Positions 14,978-29,200 of a stretch of DNA of 64,000 bases are shown here, piece after piece (position 1 is the first letter of the stretch; each line of letters begins with the position of its first letter). The DNA comes from Octopus vulgaris (Eukaryota). A model generated the notes under the pieces. The model worked only from the letters and a program-made list of their open reading frames with translations, was not told where the DNA came from and ran no database searches. Position numbers and translations under genes: made by a program. Location: contig OX597832.1 in the NCBI GenBank assembly GCA_951406725.2, positions 67,208,001 to 67,272,000 on the forward strand, written 5' to 3'.

Positions 14978-15286
14978 GTAATATAATTCGAAAATTACAG
15001 GGAAAAATTCAGTTTAGAAATTCTAAAACAAATTTCACAATATATAACATATACACTTTCACTTGTTTCAGTCATGTGACTGTGGCCATGTTGGGGCACC
15101 GCCCTTTAGTCGAGTAAATCGACCCCAGGACTTATTCTTTGTAAGCCTAGTACTTATGCTATCGGTCTATTTTGCCGAACTGCTAAGGTACGAGGACGTA
15201 AACTCATCCGCATCGGTTGTCAAGCGATTTGGGAGAGAACAAAAACAGATAAACAAACATACACACACAGACACACACACACACAA

Positions 15287-15318
<32 letters not shown>

Positions 15319-15578
15319 TTATATATAAATTTATATAAATAAGGATAAGATCGTTAATCTAAAATTAAAATAAAATAACGATTTTATCAAGTGGTCAGTA
15401 TGGAAAAAATAAACTTCTAAGGTAATAATTATTAAAATTATAAATTAGGGTATCTACGAGATACCACCATGCTGAAAATAGCAGCCATGATCTGACTCTA
15501 AAACCACCTTACTTCTCCACATATCAACAGGGAGAGAAAACAGAGAGTCACGATGAAACTAGTAAAAATTACTGGATA

Positions 15579-15637
15579 ATTCCAGATCCCGGATTTCTGA
15601 CTTTGCATTTAGGAATGCTTTGCCTCGTCAGTAGAAT
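15579..15637 (-). ncRNA. Type I hammerhead ribozyme
   Basis: attcta-CTGACGA-ggc aaa gcatt ccta aatgc aaa gtc-a-GAAA-tcc g gga-TC-tggaat. Confidence 0.8.
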
Positions 15638-15842
15638 ACATACAGAAGAGAAACATAAATACTTATATATATAAATGCAACAGACGAATACTTACATACA
15701 CGAACGTATACCTACATATATATGCACGTGTGCATCATGGCCAGTTCAAAATGCCCGCCGTATTCGTATATGTAAGTATTCGTATGTTGTATTTATATAT
15801 ATATATATATATATATTATTTTTACGTTTCTCTTCTGTGTGT

Positions 15843-15901
15843 ATTCTACTGATGAGGCAAAGCATTTCTAAATGCAAATCCAAATATCCGGGATCTAGAA
15901 T
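15843..15901 (+). ncRNA. Type I hammerhead ribozyme, inverted copy with damaged GAAA
   Basis: attcta-CTGATGA-ggcaaagcatt..aatgc..tccggga-TC-tagaat. The GAAA box is mutated. Confidence 0.6.
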
Positions 15902-16031
15902 TATCCAGTAATTTTTTACAAGTTTAATCTTGTCCCTCTGTTTCTCTCCCTGTTGATATGTGGACAATTAAGGAGGTTTTAGAGTCATATCATGGCTGCT
16001 ATTTTCAGATTGGTGGTATCTCGTAGATACC

Positions 16032-16086
<55 letters not shown>

Positions 16087-16376
16087 ACGGGTTTCTTGCA
16101 GTTTCCTTCTACCAAATCCAATCACAAACCTTTGGTCGGACTGAGGTTATAGTAGAAGACACTTGCCCAAGGTGCCATGCAGTGGGACTGAAACTGGAAC
16201 CATGTGATTCGTAAGCAAGCTACTTACCACACAGCCACTCCTTTTAGAGAAAAACCTCTATTAAACAATTCAATAGAGAAAGACGTTATTCACACCATAT
16301 AGAAAATATATACTATAAAAAAATTATTCTAAATATAAATAAAGTACATAAACAATAAATTGTAAATAGTAGTAAA

Positions 16377-16497
16377 AAGAGTACGCGCGTTTCGTGGTTA
16401 TATTTTCAAATAGATAATAATAATAATAAAATCAATTCCGATTGAAAATTAAATCGATCTAAAGTTAATTTATAAAACAAAATCACTCATCAGGTCT
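16377..16497 (-). ncRNA. Type I hammerhead ribozyme with very long stem II insertion
   Basis: agac-CTGATGA-gtgat..(about 85 nt AT-rich)..accac-GAAA-cgcgcg-TA-ctct. Palindromic stem III. Lies upstream of, and antisense to, the PLE RT relic. Confidence 0.65.
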
Positions 16498-16499
16498 AA

Positions 16500-16545
<46 letters not shown>

Positions 16546-16849
16546 TAAATAATGATAATAATAATAGAATAAATGTAGGTATTTTAACTTATACTAATTA
16601 TCAAATAAATATAGAAAAATACGTGTATTAACTATAAATAATCGAAAGTCATTTAACAATATTTCTTAAAATAAAAGCATAACTTATCTTATCGAATAAT
16701 TTCTGTTAACTAAACATTTAAATGTAATACGTAGAACTTATCGTCTATAGGAAATATATCGCGTGAAAATGATAACTTAGAGAAATAAATAAATAAAAAA
16801 TATAAAATTGTTCCAGAAAATACTCTTTATAATATAAATAAGGACTCTA

Positions 16850-17662
16850 AATTAATCATGATGAAATATAATTTAGTTAATAAAACTGAACCTAATGTAA
16901 CTATGCACCCTATAATTACATTAAAAGACCATAAGGAAAATTGTTATTCTGAGTCAAAAGTTAGACTGGGTAAATTTAGATCATTTTAAATAAACATAAT
17001 AATAGATGAAATTAAATTAATCACTAGTACTAATGATACTAGTAATAATGATACTTTAAATCTAGTTAAATTAAGTAATATCATTTTAGATAAATATATT
17101 AATAGATTAAAGGAAATTAATTACCTTAAACTTTGGATTAGTACTAATGATACTTTAAAATTGTTTAATAATACTACAGATAAAAGTAGATATAAATTCA
17201 TTCAAATGGATATAGATAATTATTATTCTTCTATTAATGAGATTGTACTCAATAAGCCCCTAATTTATACAATGAATAAGGTAGGATTGATTTCTGATGA
17301 AGTTAACGTTGTTAAAACTTCTAGGAAATCGTTGATTAGATATGATAATAAATAGTTGGCTTGGAAGGATACTATGCACTATTTTGATATACCTATGGGG
17401 GCACCGGATTCTGCACAAGCAGAGGATTTAGTAGCTTTTCATTTATTATCGGAACTCCAATTAGAAATATTAAACGTAGAGGGTGGTTAATATAGGGATG
17501 ACCATTCATTAATAACTAAGAATTGTACCTATAGAACACTAGAATTATAAAAGAAGCAACTATATAGTGTTTTTAAAACATATGGATTAAGTATTACTAT
17601 ATACAATGAGAGCTATAATGTTGATTATTTAGATGCTAATTTTAATTTAATAACGGGTAAAA
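16850..17662 (+). pseudogene. Naiad-like Penelope-like element reverse transcriptase relic
   Basis: Motifs in order: 'ITLKDHKEN..KVRL', 'FIQMDIDNYYSSINE', 'FDIPMGAPDSAQ..LV', 'GG*YRDD', '[14 protein letters not shown]'. Contains stop codons. Confidence 0.8.
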
Positions 17663-17667
17663 CACAA

Positions 17668-17808
17668 GATCTCGCAATGCAGGGAAACGGTTAAACAACC
17701 AAAGACCTGCGAAACAGGAGAACTGCGTCGCGTGGAATCAATTGCAGTGATTACAAATAAATGTTCCTTTGTATTCTTTTTTGTTGACTCCAACATATTC
17801 CATTATAC
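17668..17808 (+). repeat. 3' piece of the same terminal-repeat family as 1410-1550
   Basis: 'ggagaactgcgtcgcgtggaatcaattgcagtgattacaaataaatg' versus 'ggagaactacgttgcgtggaaacaattgtaatgattaaaaaataaatg' at about 1458. Confidence 0.7.
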
Positions 17809-18056
17809 ACACACACACACACACACACATCTATGTACATATACATATATATTTATATGTATATATGTATATATATATAAATATATACATATATATGTAT
17901 GTATGTATGTGTATATATATATATATATATATATCCATATATACATAATTACATGTATATATATTCATATATATATATATATAAACGCATATATATATGC
18001 ATATATACACATATATATATATACACATACATACATATACATACCTATATATGATA

Positions 18057-18092
<36 letters not shown>

Positions 18093-19872
18093 CGTGTGTG
18101 CGTGTAGGTGTGAGTGTGTGTTTGAGTGCGCGCGTAGCCCATTGTCCATGCATGTTCGATTTCTGATTTAACAACAAAAGCTGTGACAAGCTGAAGCGCC
18201 TGTATGGTAAATGGATATTTCATGATATTGAATAAACTGTCTGAATATTACTATGCGAACCGTTTTGCTTGCTTCCAATAATTCGCTTCAACTAACCAAA
18301 TGCAGTTTGAGAAGGTTGTACATCGGTGACTCAACATGCATCAAAACAACAAACTAATTTTTTCCTCAAACTTTAACTAGTCGTCTGACTGTAAATCTTA
18401 TTGGATTGTATAGCTGAGACTGCACATGACTTCAGGATTAAAAGGGAAAGAACTGGTCTAATGTTCTTTGGTGATATATCTGCTCGATCATGTACGATGC
18501 AACAGTAAATATTAGGCATAACATTGCAGGATGCGCATCGGTCGTAATTTTCTAAACAACCAATGAATATATGGGAGCAACTAAGAAATAATCTTAATAT
18601 CAATATAGAAAATAATTATGATTTGAATATTTCTCTCATAATATTAGTCGTGTAATACAATTTACACGTGTCACCTACTTTACCTGTTTCCGCAATTCAA
18701 TTATTTACAAATTATATTATTTCTGTGTATTTACACAGGAAATAAATTGTAATGGTATTAAATTTTAACGATATAATTTGTTCGGATTTGGCTGTGTATC
18801 TTACATTATTATTGCTATCACCATAATATATACATATCGTCCACGATACCATAGAAATTGATATGTATATTGTTAGCATGGAACACTGTCGTAATATTGA
18901 AGTTGTAAAAGGAAGTCTAATTATATGAATTCCACTAATTATCTTATTACTAAATGAATACGAAAATTGCAAGCGATTTTCATATCTTGTTTATTGATCA
19001 ATTACGAGTAAATTTCTAGCTATCTTACTAGCAAACCATGCTTTAGATATGACAATAAGCGGACGTGTATATACGTGTGTATGCATGTATCTATGTGTGT
19101 TTATAGGTGACTTATCCGAGTTGAAACAGTGCTGGATCGAATGCTTTGCTATATTTACTAGATTCTCTCAACCATAAATTCAAATCCCTGTCATCAAATA
19201 TTGACAACGATTCTGCCAATATTCGGTTGAGAAACATTATCAGTAGTGATAAAAAAAAAGATATCAATAACTTAAATAGCTTCGATCGGTTTTGATCTGT
19301 ATAGGCCCAGGTTGTTTTTAATTGGTGAAGTGTTTTAGTCATAAATGGGGCACCATAGCCCACTCAAGCAAAGAATTATAATTATTGGAGACATATCCGC
19401 GTGTAGGAAGTTGGTCCGGGAATTTTTGGAGAAATTTGTCCAGAGAACTTTTGAATCATATGGGATCTGTTTCCGTTTTGACATATTTTGTTATACTATT
19501 AGTGAGAGCCTGGACAGATTTGAGGTAAAGTAGTTGTGACGCATTGTTGGTCATACCAATAATGATGTAATGGCGTGAGAGGTGAAGATAGATAATTTTG
19601 ACATCCATATGTGATTGTTGCATCATTATCTGAATCCGTCTTTTGTACTACTCTCTTACACACATACACACACACACACACACATCATACGCACTTAAAT
19701 ACACACATGCACATATAATAATGCCCGCATATTTATATGAATATATGTAAATATATGTTTAAATATATCTATATCTTTATCTATCTATCTATTTATCTAT
19801 CTATCTAACTACAAATCTATATATCTACCTATCTATCTATTATCTATCTATCAATCTATCTATCTATCTATC

Positions 19873-19903
<31 letters not shown>

Positions 19904-19904
19904 T

Positions 19905-20194
19905 GAGGCGCAATGGCCCAGTGGTTAAGGCGGCGGACGCGCGATCGTAGGATTGTAGTTTCGATTTCCAGACCGGGCGTTGTGAGAGTTTATTGAATGA
20001 AAACACCTAAAGCTCCACGAGGTACGGCAGAGGGTGGTGATGATCCCTGCTGTACACTTTCACCACAACTTTCTCTCACTACTTCTTCTGTTGGCCTGCT
20101 CGCTTAGCCAGCGGGGTGGCGTCATTGAAGGCTGAAACAATGCGAAGCGCATTGTGACCAGCGCTGTCTGACAACATCTGATGGCCTAGCCGGT

Positions 20195-20201
<7 letters not shown>
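19905..20201 (+). mobile_element. tRNA-derived SINE, family D, inside (TA)n
   Basis: 'gaggcgcaatggcccagtggttaagg..gtttcgattt' A/B-box head, flanked by TA tracts. Confidence 0.75.
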
Positions 20202-20248
<47 letters not shown>

Positions 20249-20412
20249 ATAATTATAAACATAATTATAATTGGCTGACCCCTAATTATGATTATGTTTA
20301 TAATTATAGAATATTCTTATAATTTTACCTAAATAGGTTATTTTAACGTTCCGATCTAATTGGTACAATTATTGATTATCAATTAATTAATTATCCCCTT
20401 TTATTATTAATA

Positions 20413-20446
<34 letters not shown>

Positions 20447-21642
20447 AACATTCATAAGTATATGCATATATACATACATATATATAGTAAACTTGAGCAT
20501 ATATCGGTAAGTATGTGCTATTTGCCAATGCCATGTCTCGTTTAATTGCCACAGCAATTCTAGTATACCCATAGAAGCAGCTATTTTTCCCAGAAATTTA
20601 TTCACGTCTCCGTGGCTTGTCGGGCAATCACAGAGACTTGTTCCTTCGTTGATTTATCCTTGATAATATCAAGTAAGTCTTGACCTGTTAGATTGAATAT
20701 TTGTACCATAATGTGTCTACGAGTGTAAGAATTCGAATTGCATGATTGCAGTTGCATGATAATGGCATCTCAGCTCTGGGTACGGTTTAATTCTAACACT
20801 AAAATGCTTTATGCAATGCTGATCTCATATTTTCCACATTGCACAAATGACCTTGCTTCTGCAGCGGCGTTTGAGGGAATACAGATTGAGTTCCGTAAGC
20901 TGATATCAGTAATAAAGTACTATCATACCAGGTATGTCTTTGCATCTTCCTTTGGGATGCCTTAGGTATTTTGTATTGTATAGGGAGAAAATGAAATGCA
21001 GTAGTATTGTGGATGAGAGCGTGCAAAGAAGAGAAAGGAAGAATGACATCTAGTCCTCTGGAATAGAAAGGTCTAAAGAATTCTGGGATCTACCTATGAG
21101 CCATATCAACTTCACCTTTTAAACGGGTACTCCAGCTGAAGCTGTTAGCAATAGTTTTTCAAGTGTTTGATTGCGTGAAATGTCATGAGTGATCTTCTAA
21201 GAGTAAATAATAACGTGTTTAAAAGCATTACCCTTATCAATGTGCATTAAATCAAATTTTCTTCCCATTAGCAGCATTTTTTTGTTTCTTTATGCTTATT
21301 CCCTTATAACACGGAGAAAGGAGTATTACACGCTCGCCAGCTCTATGGATAATGTTTTCATGCAACAGTTTTTCAATTTCTTTATTTTTTACTTTGTTTC
21401 ACTACATTTATGACGTGATTTCCGTAAATTATAAAACGGAGTAAATCCAAAAGAATCCCTTGGGTAACTGCTACTCGAGATATTTGATGGTATCAGTGAA
21501 TTTTGGCTCTCATCAAATATTGGTTTCTGTTTATCAGGAAATATTCAGAACATAGACCGGAACGAATGCTGTTGAGTATTTTGTCCGGCATACTCACGAT
21601 TCTACTGACACCTCGACTTAGTAATAATAATAATGATGATGG

Positions 21643-21678
<36 letters not shown>

Positions 21679-21689
21679 CGATGATGATT

Positions 21690-22197
21690 TGACAGAGCAA
21701 AAAATTGGTACGACCACAAACCTGAAGGCATTATCGAAAATAGAAATGAAAAGATCCTATGGGATTTTATGACTCAGAGCGACCATGATATAGAGAATAC
21801 GAAGCCGGACATAGTCTTAATTGTCAAAGAAAACAAACTATGCAGGATCATAGATATAGCATGCGCAGCTGACAAGGTATGCGATAAGGAAGAAAGAAAA
21901 GTCGAGAAATATTATAGATTAACTTGAGAAGTTAAACAGTTGTGGTCGATGAAAAAGGCTGCAGTAATACCAATAATTGTTGGTGCCCTGGAAACAGTGA
22001 GCAAAAATCTCGAGAAGTACGCGGAACAAATAGGGGCTGCAATAATGGTGGAGCACTTGCAGAAAACAGCACTGCTTGTAACCGCTCGAATACTCCGGAA
22101 GGTGCTCGAAAAATAAGAGGTATTACCTTAGTTCACTTGTAGTGAACAGCTGACACCGAACTACATCTCCAGCTTTAGAAGCTGTGCAAAGACAATA
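21690..22197 (+). mobile_element. R4/Dong-like non-LTR retrotransposon 3' fragment (restriction-like endonuclease)
   Basis: 'KPDIVLIVKENKLCRIIDIAC..K..KY', 'VIPIIVGALETV', 'LQKTALLVTARILRKVLEK*', then a short UTR and (AAT)n. Confidence 0.85.
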
Positions 22198-22267
<70 letters not shown>

Positions 22268-23234
22268 GTGATGACAACAACATCAATGATGATAATAATA
22301 ATCATAATAATAATAATGATAATAATGGTAAGAAGGAAGAGGAGGACAGCTACTACAACAAGGTCTAGCAATGTTTGTGTGAGGAGGAAGAGGAGATGAG
22401 GAACATGGTATGACAGATAAAACTAATGGTCATACAGATGAAGATGATCACTGTCGATGATAATGATGATGGTGAAGACGACGATGATGACGGCGGCAGC
22501 GGTGAAGATGATGGTTGAAAATGGTGACGTTGATGATGGAAATGGTGGAGCTGCCTTTGGCGGTGACGATGAAATGTTTATTGTGAAGAGCTAATGTTTC
22601 TGGTCATCAATTGATCTAACGAATCAAAGTAAAGTTCAAATATTCGATGTTGTAATAAAAGCATATTACATCAAGATTAGAAAGAAAACAAAAACACGAA
22701 CGTTTTGAGTGAAGCTGTGAAACGGAAGCCTGGCAGCTGAGTTTTGAAGTGGTAGATCATTTGAGATTTCCTGTTAAGTTATTAATGTGTGTAAACCATA
22801 TTTCAGAGGGAATTAATGTTCTGGGCTTGAATTCCAAGACTGAAATTCACAAGGTCTCGATAAAAGAACGAATCAGTTTTTGAGTATTTGATAGGAAGAG
22901 GTCAAAGGGTTATACAAGTTACAATACGATAATGGACTCATATTTTTGGTACTGTAACAAAAGCCATCATCTGAAAACAGTTTTGTTGCTGGGGTATGAA
23001 GAACAAGAATTAATGAGAAACGCGCAACAAGGACACTTTTTTTTAAATATTCAGTGCAGTATGTTCGCGTGTGTCTGTTCGTGGGTGCATGTAGACAAAC
23101 ATGTAAACACATATGTATAGTACACTATGATATAATATGTGTGTGTGCACGCGCGCATTTGTGTGTGTGTGCACGCGCGCATTTGTGTGTGTGTGTGTGT
23201 GTACCTGTTGGTGCGTGTGTGTGTAATAAAGAGA

Positions 23235-23530
23235 AGACACCGGAAAATCAAAGGTTGCGTAACGAACTCCATTCGTTTAAAAGTGTTTCAGATATAAGAT
23301 ATCGTTGCAGTCACAGTCGAAGACCCCATCATCTTCAAACGGAATATGGACAAATTTCTTCAAAGGATACCTGATAAGCTTCATATACCTGGATACACCT
23401 CACCCAACAAGACTCTCTACTCGAACGGGACATGATATCACAATACTTCGACTTACAAAGGATTCAGCAAATCCTAACAAATGGTGCTATTAAGGTAGAC
23501 ATGGCCTGGGCCAGTCTTTGTTCGGAACAT
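23235..23530 (+). mobile_element. CR1/L2-group LINE 3' fragment
   Basis: 'EDPIIFKRNMDKFLQRIPDKLHIPGY' matches the typical 'FK..LD.FL..IPD.P...GY' ORF2 C-terminus. Confidence 0.6.
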
Positions 23531-24224
23531 ATCGAATTTATCAGTTTATAAAAATATATGTATATGCATATGCATATACATACATACATACATACATACA
23601 TATCTATATCTATATATATATATACGAAAAATGTTTGGTAGGAATCAATGGATATATGGATGTTTTTAGTTGATCAAACAATCTCTTAATCGATCACTGA
23701 CGCTTTCACTCTGTGGCATATTTTGTATTTAAAGGTACGGATATGAGTCATTAGCTTGAACGCATGCTACATCTGTATAGTCAAAGTAGACTTAAAAACT
23801 AACTTACATGAAACAAAATGTTCTGCACCTAAAACAAGATTATTTAGTAATGGATGTTAGATTTTATATTTTCGTCCCTTCCAACTCATCCTGATTGTTT
23901 TCTAAATGTACGACGAAGACCTATGTGGAAAAATTCATAGTATTACTTTATAGCTTGCACTTTATAATTTGCTTCCTTCGTCGAGTATCAACTTCATGAT
24001 ACAACACGAGAATATCTCTTGTAATTCATATTGTCTCTTGTTATTCACTTGAATTTTGGAAACGGTAGACATGAGTATAATGATGTAAAAATGCCTGCAT
24101 TCATAGATGCATGTATCTATATACATACACACGCTTTGCCTAAGCATGGAAGTGTGTGTACGTGAGAATGGTGGTAATTTCAGATCCGAAATTTTACATC
24201 GGGGATATGTAGACTTATGTGCTG

Positions 24225-24298
<74 letters not shown>

Positions 24299-24766
24299 AA
24301 GACATATATACAGAGAGAGAGAGAGAAAGAAAGACAGAAATAAAGAAACAGGGAGAGCGTTGTATATACGTATATACGTAAAGAAATTATGTATATATCT
24401 ACGTGTGTATATATATACACATACTCATGCACACGCGCACGCACAGACACACACACGCCTTATTTGCAGAACATGTGTTTACTAGTTACTACGTGCTGCA
24501 GGCTGTGAGTCTTAGAAATGTCTTCCTTTGAAAGAAATAACGAAGACGTGAACATGAGGTGGATGATAAAATTTGACGTCAATAGTCGTGTGCCTGTTAC
24601 CGTGTATATTCATTCCTGGTTGAAGGACGAATTATTTCTTTTAAATGAAACATTAATAAAAATAAAAACAATAAGTCTTGCCCGAAGAGTAATCGACATA
24701 AACAGACTAATAACATATCCTCTTCATAAACTGCGCGCACACACACACACACTCACACACACTAAC

Positions 24767-24826
<60 letters not shown>

Positions 24827-25439
24827 GCATTTATATATCTATACACACACACCAACACACACACATATATATATGTAGATATCTCATCCAGTGTGCAAAT
24901 AGACGCATGTCTGCTACTATTTAGTTTAGAGCGCCACATATATACTTTAGCATTTTTTTATTTTGCTGCCAGTATTATGTTTAGAAAATAATTATAATTA
25001 GCTTAGGAAACAATTATAATTAGAAATAAGTACAATTAGTTACTAGTTTTGATACATATAGCAAATGTAATAGAAAGTACGTCAAATAAATTTATATTAT
25101 TTGTTCCCATACATGTTTCACCCTTGTGGAACTTAGCAATGGACGTTCCAAGTGAATTAGAATGTTAAAGTACAATCTGTCATCAGGGAATACTGTCTTC
25201 TATTGTATTGTTACAGTGAACTCGTGTTTAATGTTGGTCAGATGGTGAAGCATTTCATATATACTTTGCTAGGGAAGTAGAAAAAAGCATTTGGAAGAGA
25301 AACGTAAAGAGGGGGTGAAAATAGAGACAAAGAGAGAGAGAGAGAGAATCAAAAAGGAGTAGTTACTTGCTATATTTCCTTTTCTTTTGATTTTTCAATA
25401 TCCGAACCGTTCGGCTTTTCTTCATTGATTCAGGATTAA

Positions 25440-26030
25440 CTCCTGTCTGAAGTATTTAGATGATTTCTTAAGTCAATCACAAAGTGCAGTGATACATTTT
25501 AGCCAACATTCATGGAATAAATCTCGTTCAGGAAATTTTCAGTTTGGCACCCCTTTCAATACTTTCTAAAATATTCTCCTGTTATCTTCTTAGATTTGGT
25601 AAATCTAAGTTATTCATCCTTATCCTTTTTAACCATTATACATAATCATCGTACTTTATTTCGTGGCTCCAAATGTTTCTCCAGAATTCCATTACCCCTT
25701 CCTTGTTGGGTGGCAAGCTCACTATAGCATCTCCTTTTAGTTCCTTATAAAATCTTTGATCCGTTTCGAACAACTTATTTTCTCTAGACTGTTCAGTTCT
25801 GTTTTTGCATCTTTTGATCTTGGCAACTTGCGCTTTAAACTTTTTTCTTTTTATTCTTCCATTAGTCACTTACATCTTTTTTTGTTTCTGTTACTACTTT
25901 CTTTAGATTGCTTCATACAATCTAGATTTTGGTGTAACCCTATGACTAAGAATCTCCACCCTCGCAATATCTTTTTGCAACCTGTCTACCTGTTCCTGTA
26001 ATCGCCTTTTCCTTCAGCGTGCTGTTTCTT
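25440..26030 (-). pseudogene. R4/Dong-like ORF fragment (pre-RT region)
   Basis: 'KAQVAKIKRCKNRTEQSRENKLFETDQRFYKEL..PPNKEGVMEFWRNIWS'. Confidence 0.7.
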
Positions 26031-26051
26031 CTTCTTCTTCTTCTTCTTCTT

Positions 26052-26114
<63 letters not shown>

Positions 26115-26556
26115 GAGTGAGAGAGCAGTTCATGCCATCAAAGTGACACTGGGGTAAATATACGAAGCCCAATATACCCATCATGACTACCCGTCTGATA
26201 AAGGTACACCAGGCACATGCATCACAACCATATGTGCGCGACATGGTGATCTCATATCAAGATAAACAGCACATGACCTTGCAGGTGGGGCCCATGTTAG
26301 AATTTTCTTCAGGTTGAGTAGCCCATCCCGCTCAAACGGTCCCTGAATAAGGGTTGCTTAAGGATGTTGAAAGAACCACCCATGTTTCCAGAGGTGAACT
26401 ATTCAAACCCCAAAGAATCCCTCTCAACACATGGCTATGATGCTCCCCCACTACTTCTGCTCGTGATCAGAGATGCACATATCGTCAGCCACTAAGAGAC
26501 ATGCTCAACTGGTTAAGGTCAAACAACTGACAAGCAAATCTGTGGTATTGGCTTGC
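26115..26556. repeat. Unclassified 440-bp element bounded by (TTA)n/(TTC)n tracts
   Basis: Non-simple, higher-GC block sharply bounded by trinucleotide repeats, lying between two R4-like fragments. Probably a microsatellite-targeted retroposon (inference). Confidence 0.45.
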
Positions 26557-26606
26557 TGTAGCCCTTCTTCTTCTTCTTCTTCCTTCTTCTTGCCTTCTTC
26601 TTCTTC

Positions 26607-26672
<66 letters not shown>

Positions 26673-26714
26673 TCATCATCATCATCATTATTATTATTAT
26701 TATTATTATTTATA

Positions 26715-28400
26715 GTTACCTTTCATTTTAACTTTATTCCAGCTGCTTTTAGTTGTTCACGTTGACTGGAGTTACCAGGGAGTTGCTTAATATACTTATC
26801 AGCTCCCTCCTTCATCATTATGGCTTCAGTTATAGCTTTAGTGAGGTGTAGCTGATCTTTACAGCATTATGAGCCCTTGCAGCGTCCCTTCAGCTCTTCT
26901 GGAAACAGATTGCTTTCTTCTAGATGTTTGCTCATTCTCTGTGATATTATTGCAGTTAAGGCTTTGTAAATTGTAGGGGAACAAGTTATCGGTATGCACT
27001 TTTGTGGGTTTGCCGTTTCAGTAGATCTGGGATAAAGGATAGCTTTCCCTTCCGTGAACCATTCAGGCAGTGTTTATAGCTCTAACAGTATTTCATTAAA
27101 TTTCTCAGCCACCGTTTTATGTGTTCCTGTTAGATATTCTAACTAGAAATTGGATGTGCTTTGGCGAAGATATCTTGCTTTAGCTGTTCTTTTACCTCAG
27201 GTATACCTCGTTCTGTAATTTTGTATTTACGTAATAGTTTTCTTCTCTTTTTGTTGCTTAGTAGTTTTGATGTCTACTAATTTCATTAAGGATTGACAAA
27301 TCGTTTCTCTTATTTTCTATTTGTTCTGGATATGGGGTATCTAGTTTCATTTGTGACCACAGAAGCTGCTGTATATATTATATTGTCATTTGTTCTGTGG
27401 CTATTAGTTCTGTGACGGCTAGGTTCATGCTATTTATTATTCATGCAGTTTTATTATCAATTTAAAGTTTTGTGAGGTACAATCCGTGGTCCATACTGAT
27501 ATCTGTGGCTTTGAAATGCTAAGTTTTAGAGTATCATAATCATTAGCTTCACCTTCACTGATTCCTGGTTTTAGATTTGTTTCGTATTCCCTCTTGTTAA
27601 TATATTTGATATTTGATTCATTATTATACATTCCTACAGTTTGGGTTTGTTGTCTTTTTTGTTTACTTCGTTTTTGTTGGTTACGTCTGTCTTCATATTA
27701 TACAGTCCCAGTTCTTATAATATCATTTGGCATTGTGGTGTGGTTACTCTCTAGGTTTTCTTGATGTACTTTTTCTCATATAAATGTTCCATTCCTATTT
27801 CTGACATTTTTTGTTTTCTTTTGAGAATATATATCCCCCTGTGTTAGCAAGTTCATTAGGGCTCATTGTTGTATCCAAACTTTTATCTAGGTTACTTTTC
27901 TTCCAGATTTTATTTGTATATGTTGCGTGTTCGTCCTGTAGGCAGTGCACTGCTGTAAAATAAGATTGCAGTATTGAAATATATTTCTCACGTGTCCGTT
28001 TATGTTGCTTTGATTTTATTTACAGGACATGAGAAATAACGTCGGACCTTTATTTTGATGGTCATCATTTTTGTAAGGTACCGGTCCGTTCATTTCTAGT
28101 GTTAAAAGGTTTTGTACGTGTAGCTTTCCGTTCATTTTGTGTAACAAGTTTAAAGTAAGTACTACTCATTTGCTATCCTTGGGTTGAATAATACGGGTAT
28201 TATTGGATATATATATATTTTTTATTTTTGTTTATGGTGGTTGGGGACGGAGATGGTCTGATGTTGATTGGATCGTAATGTGGCTAGCGTGTTTACACGT
28301 GCTGCCCGAGTGATGGAGATTACACTCAGTTGAAACATGTCATTTCATTTGGAAGATAGAAATGAATATTAATGAGTATTACTTCCTCGGATATAGTCCA
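26715..28400 (-). pseudogene. R4/Dong-like element, 5' region through start of RT, internally deleted
   Basis: N-terminal 'HKRTREKYISILQSY'. RT 'PEWFTEGKAILYP..PQKCIPITCSPTIYKALTAII..NLFPEELKGRCKGS*CCKDQL'. Confidence 0.75.
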
Positions 28401-28517
28401 AAACTTTGTCAGTTATTCTAGTCTCCATTTGTTGTCTTTATTCCCAATGGTTTTGGATAGATTTCGGAGCGTTTTTTTATCGCTTTCACATGGTAAGCGT
28501 CGATATTATTATTATTA

Positions 28518-28653
<136 letters not shown>

Positions 28654-29169
28654 CGTCAAAATTATCCTCGCCATTGTTGCTATAATTATAGTTTTTGTAC
28701 TTAATATTTTTTGAAAGTCTTCCACTTCCATTTCGACCAGTAAACACACCTTAAACACACGTATACATGCACGCGCACACAAAAACACTAACACACACAT
28801 ACACACACACACACACACATGCATGTACGTATATATATGCACGTATGCGTGTATGTTTCTTTGCCTATAAAACAGAAGAAATTCTGAAGTAGCCGAGTAT
28901 ATCACAAGAGTCATGACTTCATCTTAAGATCTATATTCCAGTCTTATGCTGATAACATGGCATTTTACCAAGAAGGAATTTTAATAAGGAGTTAAAACGC
29001 TGGTTTCAGCATCTCATATGGTACCGAAGTGTAGAATAGTATCGCATATACAAAAGCATACACACAAGTAAATACATACACAAAAACAAATACACGGACA
29101 CATCCCTTTCACACGCACTCACAAACAGATATATCAATATATATATAGATATATACATGCAAATATATG

Positions 29170-29200
<31 letters not shown>

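Larger units (their letters stand above)
15439..16041. repeat. Long inverted repeat (arms about 15439-15703 and 15764-16041), HHR cassette
   Basis: 'tatctacgagataccacca..gcagccatga..catatcaacagggagagaaa' and its reverse complement. Arms are moderately diverged. Confidence 0.9.
15061..16241 (-). mobile_element. SINE family A split by an inserted HHR fold-back cassette
   Basis: 3' half at 15061-15290 and 5' head at 16086-16241. The same two halves are nearly contiguous in the copies at 31575-31902 and 47780-48215. Confidence 0.75.

Noticed and set aside
19180-19560. Possible Tc1-like transposase C-terminus on the minus strand
   Set aside because: Motifs too decayed to support a call by eye.
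20520-20965. Possible exon (cag|...|gtaagt) or LTR-element relic
   Set aside because: Conflicting readings on the two strands and no recognisable protein motif.
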